Source: Paracoccaceae bacterium | Lineage (GTDB): Bacteria > Pseudomonadota > Alphaproteobacteria > Rhodobacterales > Rhodobacteraceae | Direction of reading: 5' to 3' | Assembly (NCBI GenBank): GCA_021741465.1 | Contig: JAIOXV010000001.1 | Location: 5,767 to 69,766, forward strand | DNA: 64,000 nt | Part shown: in pieces, positions 29,197 to 39,075 of the stretch | How positions within the stretch are numbered: the stretch's first letter is position 1 | Layout of the letters: each line of letters begins with the position of its first letter | Notes under the pieces: generated by a model | The model's database searches: none | What the model was told of the DNA's origin: nothing | What the model saw: the letters and a program-made list of their open reading frames with translations, nothing else | Translations under genes and position numbers: made by a program

Positions 29197-29916
29197 ATGA
29201 CAAATCCTACTGCGGCGATGCTGGTGATCGGCGATGAAATCCTGTCGGGGCGCACGCGTGACAGCAACATGTACTACCTTGCGGGCGAGTTGACCCGCAT
29301 CGGCATACGCCTTTGCGAAGTGCGGGTGGTGGCGGATGAACATGCGGCAATCGTCGCGGGCGTCAACGCCTTGCGTGGGGCATTTGACACGGTTTTCACC
29401 TCGGGCGGCATTGGTCCGACCCATGACGACATCACCGCCGACGCAATAGCCGCTGCCTTTGGTGTGCCAATCACCTATCGCGCCGATGCGATGGACCTGC
29501 TGGCAAAGCACTATGAACGCCAGGGCCTGCCCTTCAACGAGGCCCGCCAGCGCATGGCGCGCATCCCAGATGGGGCACAGCTTATTGAAAACCCGGTGTC
29601 GACTGCGCCGGGCTTCACCCTTCAAAACGTGCATGTCATGGCCGGTGTGCCCAGCATCTTTCAGGCAATGCTTGCATCGGTTCTTCCCGGCCTGACCGGC
29701 GGTGCCCCGCTGCTGAGCCAATCTTTGCGGGTGATGCGGGGGGAAGGCGAAATCGCCGGCGATTTTGCCAAATTGGCGGCCGAATTTCCTGAATTGCAGT
29801 TGGGCAGCTATCCGTTCAACACCAATGGGGTTTACGGCACCAATCTGGTCATCCGCGGCACGGATGCAGGTATGCTCGACCGCGCGATGACCCGCCTTTC
29901 TGCAATGTTCGCATGA
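29197..29916 (+). CDS. CinA-like molybdopterin-binding domain protein
   Basis: IGDEILSGRTRDSN, SGGIGPTHDDIT, AGVP. Confidence 0.9.
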   Translation: MTNPTAAMLVIGDEILSGRTRDSNMYYLAGELTRIGIRLCEVRVVADEHAAIVAGVNALRGAFDTVFTSGGIGPTHDDITADAIAAAFGVPITYRADAMDLLAKHYERQGLPFNEARQRMARIPDGAQLIENPVSTAPGFTLQNVHVMAGVPSIFQAMLASVLPGLTGGAPLLSQSLRVMRGEGEIAGDFAKLAAEFPELQLGSYPFNTNGVYGTNLVIRGTDAGMLDRAMTRLSAMFA

Positions 29917-30629
29917 TGCTGTCTCCAGCGCTCGTGACCGAAGTGATGGAGGCCACCTGGCCCCCTGCCGCCCATCAGGCCTGCGGGCCGTTCACCTTGC
30001 GGATCGGCCAAGGCGGCGGCAAACGGGTTTCTGCGGCAACGGCCGACGGGCGTTGGGGCGCCGAAGACCTTTCCCACGCCGAAGCAGAGATGCAGGCAAG
30101 CGGTCAATCCCCGCTGTTCCTGATCCGCGAAGACGACGCCGATCTTGATGCCGCCTTGGCGCAACGCGGATATCGGCAGGTTGACCCGGTTGTGATCTAT
30201 GCCGCGCCAATCAAAACGCTGATGGGTGACGGCCCGTCTTACATGACAACCTTTCCCCATTGGCCGCCGATGCAGATCGCCCGCCAGCTTTGGGCAGATG
30301 GCGGCATTGGCCCTGCCCGACTAGCGGTGATGGAGCGGGTCAACGGCCCGAAATGTGCCGTCCTTGGCCGCACCGATGACCGGGCGGCCGGTGTCGCCTT
30401 TGTGGCCTGCCATGGTCGGCACGCAATGTTGCACGCGCTTGAGGTTGCCCCTGCCTTGCGTCGGCGAGGTTCCGCGCAGAATATCCTGAAAGCAGCGGCA
30501 GTCTGGGCGCAAGATGCGGGCGCTGATACGCTTTCTCTGGCCGTTACCACCGCGAACACTCCGGCAGGAAAGCTTTATCAGGGGCTGGGAATGGTTGAGG
30601 CGGGACGCTACCACTACCGCCAAAAGTAG
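29913..30629 (+). CDS. GNAT-family N-acetyltransferase
   Basis: LEV..ALRRRG.A acetyl-CoA motif and N.PA..LY..LG. Confidence 0.85.
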   Translation: MMLSPALVTEVMEATWPPAAHQACGPFTLRIGQGGGKRVSAATADGRWGAEDLSHAEAEMQASGQSPLFLIREDDADLDAALAQRGYRQVDPVVIYAAPIKTLMGDGPSYMTTFPHWPPMQIARQLWADGGIGPARLAVMERVNGPKCAVLGRTDDRAAGVAFVACHGRHAMLHALEVAPALRRRGSAQNILKAAAVWAQDAGADTLSLAVTTANTPAGKLYQGLGMVEAGRYHYRQK

Positions 30630-30646
30630 CCCGAAGAAGGCCAGGA

Positions 30647-31645
30647 ATGCGCAGAACCCACCAAAATCGCCTTGGAAAGATCACCGGAGGCCTGCTTTTG
30701 GCTGTGACGCTCGGCTTTGCCACCCCCGCCATGCCGCTGGAACTGACCTTCCCGGGGCCGGCCGAAGTGACGGCAAACCGAACCGAAGAATTGACCAGCC
30801 TGCGCCTTCCCACCGGGCCCATCGCGAACAATATCCTGCCGACGACGCTGCGCGAAGGTGCGCTGCAGATGACGGCCTATCGCGTAGAGTTGTCCAAGCC
30901 TTCTACCTTGGAATTGATGCAGCCATTGCGCAGCCAGATCGAAGCCGCAGGTTTTGCAATAAGCTTTGAATGCGAGACTTTGGTCTGCGGCGGATATGAC
31001 TTCCGCTATGGGACAGAGGTCTTGCCAGAGCCGGACATGCATGTGGATCTGGGCGATTTCAGGTATCTAGCGGCCTCGGGCGCGAATTCCGAACAGATTG
31101 CCGTGCTTGTCAGCCGATCGGGCCTAGCCGGGTTTGTACAGCTAACGCAGATCGGCGGGCAGGCCCCGGTCTTGCAAGCCAAGGCGGTCGCCGCAGCGCC
31201 GAAACCAACCGCGGCACCAATACCCGCCCGAACGGACCCGGCAACGCAGAAAGGTCTGCCTTTTCTTGCGGGATTGGAAGCTGGCCGTTCGCAGGTTCTG
31301 GAAGACCTGGTGTTTGCATCCGGCTCCTCTGCGCTTGCGGCAGGCCGCTATGGCTCGCTTGCCGATCTTGCGGCGTGGCTAGCGGCAGATGCGCAACGCC
31401 GGATCATTCTTGTGGGCCATACCGACGCTTCCGGAACCCTGGAAGGCAATGTCAAACTTTCGAAGTTGCGCGCAGAAAGTGTGCGACAAGAACTGCTTCG
31501 TTCGTACAAAGTTGCGCCAGAACAGGTTCAAGCCGAAGGAATAGGGTTCTTGTCGCCCCGCGCAAGCAATCTGACCCCCGAGGGGCGCGACAAAAATAGA
31601 AGGGTCGAGGTCATGGCGACCTCGACCGAACTGCTCGCTCCGTAA
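30647..31645 (+). CDS. OmpA-family protein (C-terminal peptidoglycan-binding domain)
   Basis: Signal peptide, VGHTD..G....N..LS..RA, NRRVEV. Confidence 0.88.
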   Translation: MRRTHQNRLGKITGGLLLAVTLGFATPAMPLELTFPGPAEVTANRTEELTSLRLPTGPIANNILPTTLREGALQMTAYRVELSKPSTLELMQPLRSQIEAAGFAISFECETLVCGGYDFRYGTEVLPEPDMHVDLGDFRYLAASGANSEQIAVLVSRSGLAGFVQLTQIGGQAPVLQAKAVAAAPKPTAAPIPARTDPATQKGLPFLAGLEAGRSQVLEDLVFASGSSALAAGRYGSLADLAAWLAADAQRRIILVGHTDASGTLEGNVKLSKLRAESVRQELLRSYKVAPEQVQAEGIGFLSPRASNLTPEGRDKNRRVEVMATSTELLAP

Positions 31646-31678
31646 CCGCCTTGGGCAGGCCCCACCCCGCCCAAAGGA

Positions 31679-32584
31679 TCACCAGATATCAGGTCCCTTG
31701 TCGGTATAGCGGCGCGCAAGAAAGTCGATGAAAGCGCGCACTTTGGGCTGGGTGAAACGCCCCGGCGGATAGACCGCATAAATTCCAAGGGATTCGACCG
31801 GAAGCCCCGGAATGGCCTCTTCCACCAGACCTTCCTTCATGGCATCCGCATAGAGGAACGACGGAAGATAGGCGATGCCAAGGCCGGATACGGCGGCGTT
31901 CAAAAGAGACTGGCCATCATTCACAGTCAACCAGCCCGCGGTGCGAACCTGCCGCTTTTCACCCGAAGGTGCGGTCAGCTTCCAGACATTTCCGTTGGCC
32001 TGATTTGAATAATGCAAAAGCTTGTGATCGTTCAGATCATCAATCTTCATCGGCCGACCATACCTTTGGAAATAGGACGGCGAAGCGATCATGCGTTTGG
32101 TGGTTTCGGTCAGTTTGCGTGCCCGAAGCGAACTGTCTTCCAACTCTCCCACGCGGATCGCCAGATCAAACCCTTCGCTAATCAGTTCCACATAGCGGTT
32201 GTTCAGCACCATGTTGACGGTGATATCTGGGTATTCCAACAGGAAATCTCCCAGAATGGGTGAAAGCAGGTTCACCCCGAAATCGGTTGCGACAGACACC
32301 CGCAAAAGGCCCGAGGGCGCAGATTGCATCGAGGTGACAAGCGCATCAGCCTCTCCGGCGTCGTTCAAGACGCGGCGGGCGCGGTCATAATAGGCCAGAC
32401 CAATTTCGGTCGGGCTGACACGCCGCGTCGTGCGGTTAAGCAGACGTGCGCCAAGACGCGCTTCCAAGGCAGAGACGTGTTTCGAAACGGCAGATTTCGA
32501 AATACCCATCTTCTTGGCAGCATCCGTAAAGCCACCTTGGTCAACGACCGTGGCAAAGGCTTCCATTTCAGTTAGTCGGTCCAT
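31679..32584 (-). CDS. LysR-family regulator (CrgA-like)
   Basis: MDRLTEM..F..VV..GGFT.AA, LLNRTTRR, EGFDLAIR. Confidence 0.92.
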   Translation of the reverse strand: MDRLTEMEAFATVVDQGGFTDAAKKMGISKSAVSKHVSALEARLGARLLNRTTRRVSPTEIGLAYYDRARRVLNDAGEADALVTSMQSAPSGLLRVSVATDFGVNLLSPILGDFLLEYPDITVNMVLNNRYVELISEGFDLAIRVGELEDSSLRARKLTETTKRMIASPSYFQRYGRPMKIDDLNDHKLLHYSNQANGNVWKLTAPSGEKRQVRTAGWLTVNDGQSLLNAAVSGLGIAYLPSFLYADAMKEGLVEEAIPGLPVESLGIYAVYPPGRFTQPKVRAFIDFLARRYTDKGPDIW

Positions 32585-32786
32585 TTGTTTCCCCAAGCGA
32601 GCAGTGTGGGCAGATGGACTGTTATTGATCCTGAAATCGGGCAGGATCGCGGCGCGGATGCGTTCTATCCGGGGTATTTGCGCGGATCGTTCTTAACAAG
32701 GAAACGAAAAACGCAGGTAGTTTGGCTTTTTGACCATGCCGCAAAGACCCGCTGAGATGGCTTCTTTCTATCGCTTTGAAACGGGG

Positions 32787-33677
32787 TCAGACCACAAAAC
32801 GCTGTTCTGGCAGGCGCAAGATCAGATTGGGGTCGGGGCAGATGCTTTGCCAAACATCCCACAAGCTTTCGTGGCCGACGCCAAAGAAGTTGCCTTCGGT
32901 CTGTTCCAGCATATCGGTCATGATCTGGAAATGCACATGCGCGGCCCAACCACCGTTTTCATGCCAATCCCCAAGATGGGCAATCAATTGACCAGGGGCG
33001 ACCGTATCGCCAACCTTCATCAAGCCGGGCAAAGTTCCGGCCAGATGGCCGTAAAGGGTGTAAAACGGCGTTCCAGACGCATCATGTTCCAAGATCAGGG
33101 TGTTGCCATAGTCCAACATATCGGCGTTGTAAGTGACATGGGTCACTTTCCCGCCAAGCGGTGCAAAGACCGGTGTCAACGCTGGCGCAAAGACATCGAT
33201 GCCCAGATGGCGGGTGCGCCGTTCAGGGCTGGCGCTGTCGGCGAACTGATCCGTCGCATAAACGCTGCGCCTTTCGCCATAGGTGCCAAGCCCATAGGGC
33301 ACCGATTTTGCCGAAAACCACGCGTCAAAACTGCGGTCGGAAAAGGCGGGCATATCGGGCAACTCGCCCCGGGTCAGCAAAGCGATGCTGGCGCTTTTCC
33401 CGATTTCCGGCACGAACAGTGGCGCGACCGTGGCTGTTGCAAGAAATTGCAGCACCTTTTCTGCGTTGGGTGAAGCAGGCAATCCTTTGCCGCTGCGCAG
33501 TATGGCCCGCAAAAGCCCGTGATCGACGGTTCTCAAGCGCGCCAATTCGGCCGGCGCGGCGGCGGACAGCACATCTTCAAGCGTAAGGTCGGCAATTTCT
33601 GCCCCAAGGCGACGCAAGGCGGCGTAAAGATCGGCTTTGTCGGCAAGCCCCGCCGCGATGAGTGTGGCCTTTGTCAT
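32787..33677 (-). CDS. M23-family metallopeptidase domain protein with no obvious signal peptide
   Basis: HLGID (HxxxD), YGN, YTLYGHL and HVHFQ (HxH). Start uncertain. Confidence 0.8.
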   Translation of the reverse strand: MTKATLIAAGLADKADLYAALRRLGAEIADLTLEDVLSAAAPAELARLRTVDHGLLRAILRSGKGLPASPNAEKVLQFLATATVAPLFVPEIGKSASIALLTRGELPDMPAFSDRSFDAWFSAKSVPYGLGTYGERRSVYATDQFADSASPERRTRHLGIDVFAPALTPVFAPLGGKVTHVTYNADMLDYGNTLILEHDASGTPFYTLYGHLAGTLPGLMKVGDTVAPGQLIAHLGDWHENGGWAAHVHFQIMTDMLEQTEGNFFGVGHESLWDVWQSICPDPNLILRLPEQRFVV

Positions 33678-33882
33678 GATCGCCTTTGCCTTGCCCTTTG
33701 TCTGTTGCAGCCTGTGTGCCACAGGCTTTGGTCCAACGTCAAAGGCTGCGCGCGAAGCGCCCGTGCAACGATGCAGGAATTCCGTGACAAGGGTGCTTGC
33801 CGCTCGTGGTATTTGCGCGATAGCGTCGGCAGGGCATTCAAACCGCGCATCAGACCGCGGGCGTTGGCGACAAAGGCAGGAA

Positions 33883-34452
33883 ATGGCGCGATCCTATTTG
33901 ATACCGTTTCTGGTCAGTCTGTGCCTGACCGGCTGCACCGGTGATGCGGGTCTGAGCACCTCTTCCTCCAACTCGGTTTTGCAAGGTGCAGTGAAGCTTG
34001 GCATTCCGTCCGGCTATTGCGTGGACAAGGCCTCCAGCCGGGAAGAAAATGATAGTGCGACGGTCTTGATGGGCCGCTGCTCGGATCGGGCATCGGTGAA
34101 AGCGGCGCTTATCACGCTTTCCGTTGGACAACCCGGGTCTGCCGGCGTGATGGTTGCGGGTGGCGCGGATTTGGCTGCTTTCTTTACCTCTGAAGAAGGG
34201 CGCGCGGCGCTTTCGCCAAAGGGCAAAGCTTCACAGATTCAGGTGATCGAGGCGCTTTCGGTGAAAGACGTCTTTCTGATGCGCGTGCAAGAACAAGCGG
34301 CGCCAAGCTATTGGCGCGCAATCCTTGGGCTGAAGGGCCGGCTTGTTTCCATCTCGATCAAGGGCGGGGCTGGAGAAGAGCTTTCACCCCAAGATGGCCG
34401 CGCGCTTATCGACCGGGCCATTGCCGCAATGCGCCGCGCCAACCAAGGTTAG
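33883..34452 (+). CDS. Hypothetical lipoprotein
   Basis: Lipobox LTGC after a hydrophobic stretch; AGGA RBS before ATG 33883. Confidence 0.7.
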   Translation: MARSYLIPFLVSLCLTGCTGDAGLSTSSSNSVLQGAVKLGIPSGYCVDKASSREENDSATVLMGRCSDRASVKAALITLSVGQPGSAGVMVAGGADLAAFFTSEEGRAALSPKGKASQIQVIEALSVKDVFLMRVQEQAAPSYWRAILGLKGRLVSISIKGGAGEELSPQDGRALIDRAIAAMRRANQG

Positions 34453-34579
34453 CCCCCACAGACATATTCCCGTGGACCGGGGCGAGCCAACTCTTTAACC
34501 ATTTCAGTCGATAAGCGAATCGTTTCCGGGTACGCAACAATGCGGCTGCGTGAAACGAACTAAAGTAGAATGGGTAACA

Positions 34580-35353
34580 ATGGTTGGCTTCGTTACGAGG
34601 TTTCTCGACAAGGTGACGCACACAAGAGTGCTGCGCCGTTGGGGACAAGCTGCCGATGGCGCGCCGACCACCGATCTTGAATCCTTGCGCCGCCTGCGTG
34701 CCCGCGCCCGCGCGCTGCGCCGCAACCTTGATCGCGTGATACACGAAGCCGAACATCGGCTTGCCCTGCCCGTGATTGGATCGAACATCATCCGCAAACC
34801 CTTGGGCACAAACTGGGCATGGCGGCCCGATTTGTGGAAGGGTGCCATTCCGGTGCCGGGATTTTCGTCGGTGCCGACCAAGGCCGAGGTTTTCCCCGGG
34901 GCGACGATCTTTCACGACTGCCGCCGCAGCGAATTGACCGTCCGGCAGATCCGCAACACCCGCGAAGCCGACATTGCGCCCTTTGGCTTTCGGATGGACG
35001 TGTTTCGCTTTGACGGCTCGTTTCTGTCGCTTGTGCTGGACCTGCCGGACGAAGCCGCGCGGGGCTTGCTGCAACGGCATCTCATCCGCATGGATGTCAT
35101 CGTGGAGATGGAAAAGCCGCTGGAGATTTTTGCCCGGCTGAACATCAAGCACGGACCAAACGTGGAACAGATCGTTCGGGAACTGCCGCTGAATGAGGAA
35201 GAGGTGATGGTCGAATTTGACCTTGCCTATTCCAAGATGAACGAGAAGCGCGTCGAACGGCTATGGGTGGACCTGATATTTGAAGGTCCGGAAATGAATC
35301 AGGTGATCTTGCGCGATGTCACCTTCTCGCGCCGTCCGCGCGCGGAACTGTGA
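34580..35353 (+). CDS. Conserved hypothetical protein (DUF6478-like)
   Basis: WAWRPDLW, FHDC, FDGSFLSL, ARLNIKHGPN, EFDLAY and W.DLIFE.P.MN resemble a Rhodobacteraceae family. The DUF number is from memory. Confidence 0.7.
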   Translation: MVGFVTRFLDKVTHTRVLRRWGQAADGAPTTDLESLRRLRARARALRRNLDRVIHEAEHRLALPVIGSNIIRKPLGTNWAWRPDLWKGAIPVPGFSSVPTKAEVFPGATIFHDCRRSELTVRQIRNTREADIAPFGFRMDVFRFDGSFLSLVLDLPDEAARGLLQRHLIRMDVIVEMEKPLEIFARLNIKHGPNVEQIVRELPLNEEEVMVEFDLAYSKMNEKRVERLWVDLIFEGPEMNQVILRDVTFSRRPRAEL

Positions 35354-35361
35354 GGCCGAAT

Positions 35362-35742
35362 ATGACAAATTTCACCCTGACCAAAACCCGCATTCGCGCC
35401 GGCGTCTGGGAAGGCGTGCTGTCGGGCACTGCGGATGCCCCAGCGTTACAGGTCCTGCATCTCGAAAAGCCCGTCGCGGGCGTTGCCATTGCCGCGGTGG
35501 CCGAAAGGCCGGGCGAATGGCTGGTTCAGGTGCCCATCCCGGTAGACCTGCTGAGCGAAGGGGTGCAGACCTTTCTGATCTGTGACGCGGGAACAGGCGA
35601 AAAACTGCAGCATTTCACGGTCATCACTGGGGTTGCGATGGAGGATGACCTGCGCGCCGAGGTCGATCTTTTGCGCGCTGAGTTGGATATGTTGAAGCGC
35701 GCATTCCGCAGGCATTGCCTTGAAACGGCAGACCAATACTGA
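35362..35742 (+). CDS. Conserved hypothetical protein
   Basis: G.WEG.L...LRAEVDLLRAELDMLKRAFRRHC C-terminus; closely coupled to the upstream gene. Confidence 0.75.
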   Translation: MTNFTLTKTRIRAGVWEGVLSGTADAPALQVLHLEKPVAGVAIAAVAERPGEWLVQVPIPVDLLSEGVQTFLICDAGTGEKLQHFTVITGVAMEDDLRAEVDLLRAELDMLKRAFRRHCLETADQY

Positions 35743-35799
35743 AGATCACGTCGTGCCCGCTCGGTCGAATGCCTGACGCGCCGGTCGTCATTACCCGGC

Positions 35800-36753
35800 T
35801 TAGACCGGATCCTGACGCAGAACGCGCGGCACTTTGAACTCGATGTTTTCTTCGGCGGTTTCCACCAGTTCCACCGCCGTTTCATACCGCGCGCGGAAGG
35901 CATCAAGAACTTCATTCACCAAGACTTCGGGGGCCGAGGCACCAGCCGTGACACCAACACTGCGCACGCCTTCCAGCGCTCTCCAGTCAATATCCGTGGC
36001 CCGCTGGATCAGTTGGCTATAGTCGCAGCCCGCAGCGCGCCCCACTTCAACCAGCCGTTTTGAGTTTGACGAGTTCGGCGCACCAATCACCAAAAGCGCG
36101 TCAATCTTGGGCGCAATCGCCTTGACCGCAACTTGCCGGTTGGTGGTGGCATAGCAGATATCTTCATGTGTCGGCGCGATGATCGCGGGAAACCGCGCCA
36201 CCAAGGCCGCCGCAATTTCAGCCGTGTCATCGACCGAAAGGGTGGTCTGGGTGATAAAGGCAAGCTTCGCCGCGTTGCGCACCGAAAGATTGGCAACATC
36301 TTCCACGGTTTCCACCAAAAGCACCTCTCCGGGCGGCAACTGGCCCATCGTGCCGATCACCTCGGGGTGGCCCTCGTGGCCGATCATGATCATTTGCAGA
36401 CCGTTTTCATGGTGACGGGCGGCTTCGTTATGAACCTTCGTCACCAAGGGGCATGTCGCATCAACGGCGATCATGTTCCGGCTGGCCGCTTGTGCTGGCA
36501 CCGCCTTTGGAACCCCATGGGCCGAAAAGATCACCGGTCGATCTGTCGGGCATTCGTCAAGCTCTTCGACAAAAACCGCGCCCTTGGCCCGCAACCCATC
36601 AACGACGAACTTGTTGTGCACGATCTCGTGGCGCACGTAGACCGGCGCGCCCCATTTCTCGATCGCCATTTCGACAATCTTGATGGCCCGGTCCACGCCC
36701 GCGCAAAACCCGCGCGGCGCGGCAAGATAAAGGGTCAGGGCGGGCAGGCTCAT
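35800..36753 (-). CDS. ispH: 4-hydroxy-3-methylbut-2-enyl diphosphate reductase
   Basis: [42 protein letters not shown]. Confidence 0.97.
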   Translation of the reverse strand: MSLPALTLYLAAPRGFCAGVDRAIKIVEMAIEKWGAPVYVRHEIVHNKFVVDGLRAKGAVFVEELDECPTDRPVIFSAHGVPKAVPAQAASRNMIAVDATCPLVTKVHNEAARHHENGLQMIMIGHEGHPEVIGTMGQLPPGEVLLVETVEDVANLSVRNAAKLAFITQTTLSVDDTAEIAAALVARFPAIIAPTHEDICYATTNRQVAVKAIAPKIDALLVIGAPNSSNSKRLVEVGRAAGCDYSQLIQRATDIDWRALEGVRSVGVTAGASAPEVLVNEVLDAFRARYETAVELVETAEENIEFKVPRVLRQDPV

Positions 36754-36822
36754 CGGGTCACCTTTGGCATTTGGCAGCCTAGAGCTAAGGTGCCGAGGCG
36801 ATTTGGTCCAGAGGCGAATGCA

Positions 36823-37260
36823 TCAAAGCGCAGATTGTGTCACCCAAGCCAACACCACATAGCGGATGGTCTTGGCAACGGTGACAAGGGCCAGAAACTG
36901 CGGGATCGGTGTTTTCAAGGCACCAGAGAGCGCGACCAGCATGTCTCCACCCGGTGCCCAACTGAGCAAAAGCGACCAGCGGCCCCATTTGGTAAACCAA
37001 AGTTCAGCCCGCGCAAGGCGGTCCGGCGGTATGCGGAACCACTGCCAAAGCCCTAGCCCACCAAGCCCGCGACCGGCGGCATATGTCAGGCACGAGCCGA
37101 GAATATTGCCGATGCTGGCCACAATGACCAAACCGGTCAACGGCCACCCAGCCACAGCCAAAGCCACAAAGGCCAGTTCTGACTGCATCGGGATAGGCGT
37201 TGCGGCCAGAAAGGCGGCCAGAAACATGCCCCCAAGGGCCGAACCAAGCGACCAGATCAT
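36823..37260 (-). CDS. YqaA/DedA-family membrane protein
   Basis: FLAAT..P.QSE, GN.LGS, LLLSW.P.GD, K..RY. Confidence 0.85.
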   Translation of the reverse strand: MIWSLGSALGGMFLAAFLAATPIPMQSELAFVALAVAGWPLTGLVIVASIGNILGSCLTYAAGRGLGGLGLWQWFRIPPDRLARAELWFTKWGRWSLLLSWAPGGDMLVALSGALKTPIPQFLALVTVAKTIRYVVLAWVTQSAL

Positions 37261-37309
37261 GACAAAGCCGGGCCGCCTGCGCAGCCCGGCCCCGGAAGAT
37301 TATGGCAAA

Positions 37310-37885
37310 TCACTTTACCTCAACCATAAGCTCATCGCGTTCCGGTGCGCGCGGGTCGCGCGGCGGGCGCCCGATCACATCGCGCAATTCGTCAAGCTCG
37401 ATGAAATTGTCGCATTGGCGGCGCAGCTCGTCGGCAATCATCGGCGGCTGGCTGCGGATGGTCGAGACAACCGAAACCCGCACGCCCTGTCTTTGAAGGC
37501 TTTCCACCAAAGGCCGAAAATCCCCGTCGCCCGAGAAGATCACAATGTGGTCGACCCGGTCGGCCAGCTCCATCGCATCGACCGTCAGCTCGATGTCCAT
37601 GTTGCCTTTGACCTTCCGGCGGCCCTGGCTGTCGGTATATTCTTTCGCGGCTTTGGTGCGCATCGTAAAGCCGTTGTAGTGCAGCCAATCGACAAGCGGG
37701 CGGATCGGCGAATAATCGTCATTCTCCAGCAAAGCCGTGTAATAGAAGGCACGCAGCAGCTTGCCGCGGCGCAGGAACTCTTGGCGAAGAAGTTTGTAGT
37801 CGATGTCGAACCCAAGCGACTTGGCGGCCGCATAAAGATTCGAGCCATCAATGAACAGCGCAAGCCGTTCGTCTTTGTAAAACAT
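37310..37885 (-). CDS. NYN-domain (LabA-like) protein
   Basis: FIDGSNL, KGNMDIEL..D, SGDGDF. Confidence 0.92.
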   Translation of the reverse strand: MFYKDERLALFIDGSNLYAAAKSLGFDIDYKLLRQEFLRRGKLLRAFYYTALLENDDYSPIRPLVDWLHYNGFTMRTKAAKEYTDSQGRRKVKGNMDIELTVDAMELADRVDHIVIFSGDGDFRPLVESLQRQGVRVSVVSTIRSQPPMIADELRRQCDNFIELDELRDVIGRPPRDPRAPERDELMVEVK

Positions 37886-38009
37886 TTGGTCGTCCCCTCA
37901 AAAAATTTTACACCTATCGAACTTCCGTGAGTGCACTACGTAATGTAGCAATTCGATAGGCGAACGAGATTGGATAACAGTCTGACCAACCTCGCCACAA
38001 GACTAACTA

Positions 38010-38621
38010 ATGGATAAGGTATCACCTGTGGGCCCTTGGGAAAAGCAACTGTTGGTTGCATTCGGCACGAACCAGTCGTTTGGCGATTTCTCGCCCGAAC
38101 AGACAGTTCGACAGGCGGCATCCGAGCTATCTGTGGCACTTGATGGAGAAATTCGGCTTAGCCCCTTGTACAAAACACCTTGTTTTCCTGCCGGCGCTGG
38201 CCCCGACTATGTGAATGCGGCGGCGGCTGTGATGTTGCGCCACGCCATGTCTGCCGAGACGGCGTTACAAATCCTTCACAAAATCGAAGAGCGATTCGGA
38301 CGGTTGCGCAGCGCGCGATGGGCCGCGCGGACGCTTGATATTGATCTGCTGGCGATGGGGCATATGGTTTTGCCCGACGCCGACACGCAGGCGGCATGGC
38401 GAAACCTGCCTTTGGAAGATCAGGTCAAGATGACCCCGGACAGGTTGATCTTGCCCCACCCGCGCCTGCAGGACAGGGCTTTTGTGCTGGTTCCCTTGGC
38501 TGATGTTGCAGCAGATTGGCTGCACCCATCGCTGGGGCAAACCACGGCCCAACTCTTGGCTGCGCTGCCGCTTTCGGCCCGGGCAGAGGTGGTGGCGCTT
38601 GAGCCTGCCGCATCTGATTGA
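38010..38621 (+). CDS. folK: 6-hydroxymethyl-7,8-dihydropterin pyrophosphokinase
   Basis: DYVNAA, IE..FGR....W..RTLDIDLL, LPHPRLQDRAFVLVPL. Start uncertain. Confidence 0.92.
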   Translation: MDKVSPVGPWEKQLLVAFGTNQSFGDFSPEQTVRQAASELSVALDGEIRLSPLYKTPCFPAGAGPDYVNAAAAVMLRHAMSAETALQILHKIEERFGRLRSARWAARTLDIDLLAMGHMVLPDADTQAAWRNLPLEDQVKMTPDRLILPHPRLQDRAFVLVPLADVAADWLHPSLGQTTAQLLAALPLSARAEVVALEPAASD

Positions 38622-38629
38622 TTATACGC

Positions 38630-38658
38630 TTGTCAAGCCCCCGTTTCGCGCCTAAATA
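38630..38658 (+). promoter_or_regulatory. Putative sigma70-type promoter for rpoZ
   Basis: TTGTCA-N17-TAAATA upstream of rpoZ. Confidence 0.4.
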
Positions 38659-38694
38659 GGCGTTTCATTTTCCCAGCCCTACTGGAGCATCCCA

Positions 38695-39048
38695 ATGGCC
38701 CGCGTGACGGTCGAAGATTGCGTTGACAAGGTTCCGAACCGGTTTGAACTGGTGATGCTCGCCGCCCATCGCGCGCGTGAAATCCAGTCTGGTTCTGTAC
38801 CGACGGTTGACCGCGACAATGACAAGAACCCCGTTGTTGCTCTGCGTGAGATCGCCGAAGAAACCCAATCGGCAGGTTCACTGCGCGAGCGGATGATCGA
38901 AAGCCACCAGACCCAGATCGAGGTGGACGAGCCTGAAGAAGACCAGATGGCGCTTTTGATGTCGGGCGAAATTGACCGTCCGATGACCGACGACATGTCG
39001 GAAGAACGTATGCTGCGCATGCTCATGGAAGCGCAGGGCGAGAACTAA
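38695..39048 (+). CDS. rpoZ: RNA polymerase omega subunit
   Basis: [27 protein letters not shown]. Confidence 0.97.
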   Translation: MARVTVEDCVDKVPNRFELVMLAAHRAREIQSGSVPTVDRDNDKNPVVALREIAEETQSAGSLRERMIESHQTQIEVDEPEEDQMALLMSGEIDRPMTDDMSEERMLRMLMEAQGEN

Positions 39049-39075
39049 GTCCCAAGGGACGCGCAAGGCAGGGCG

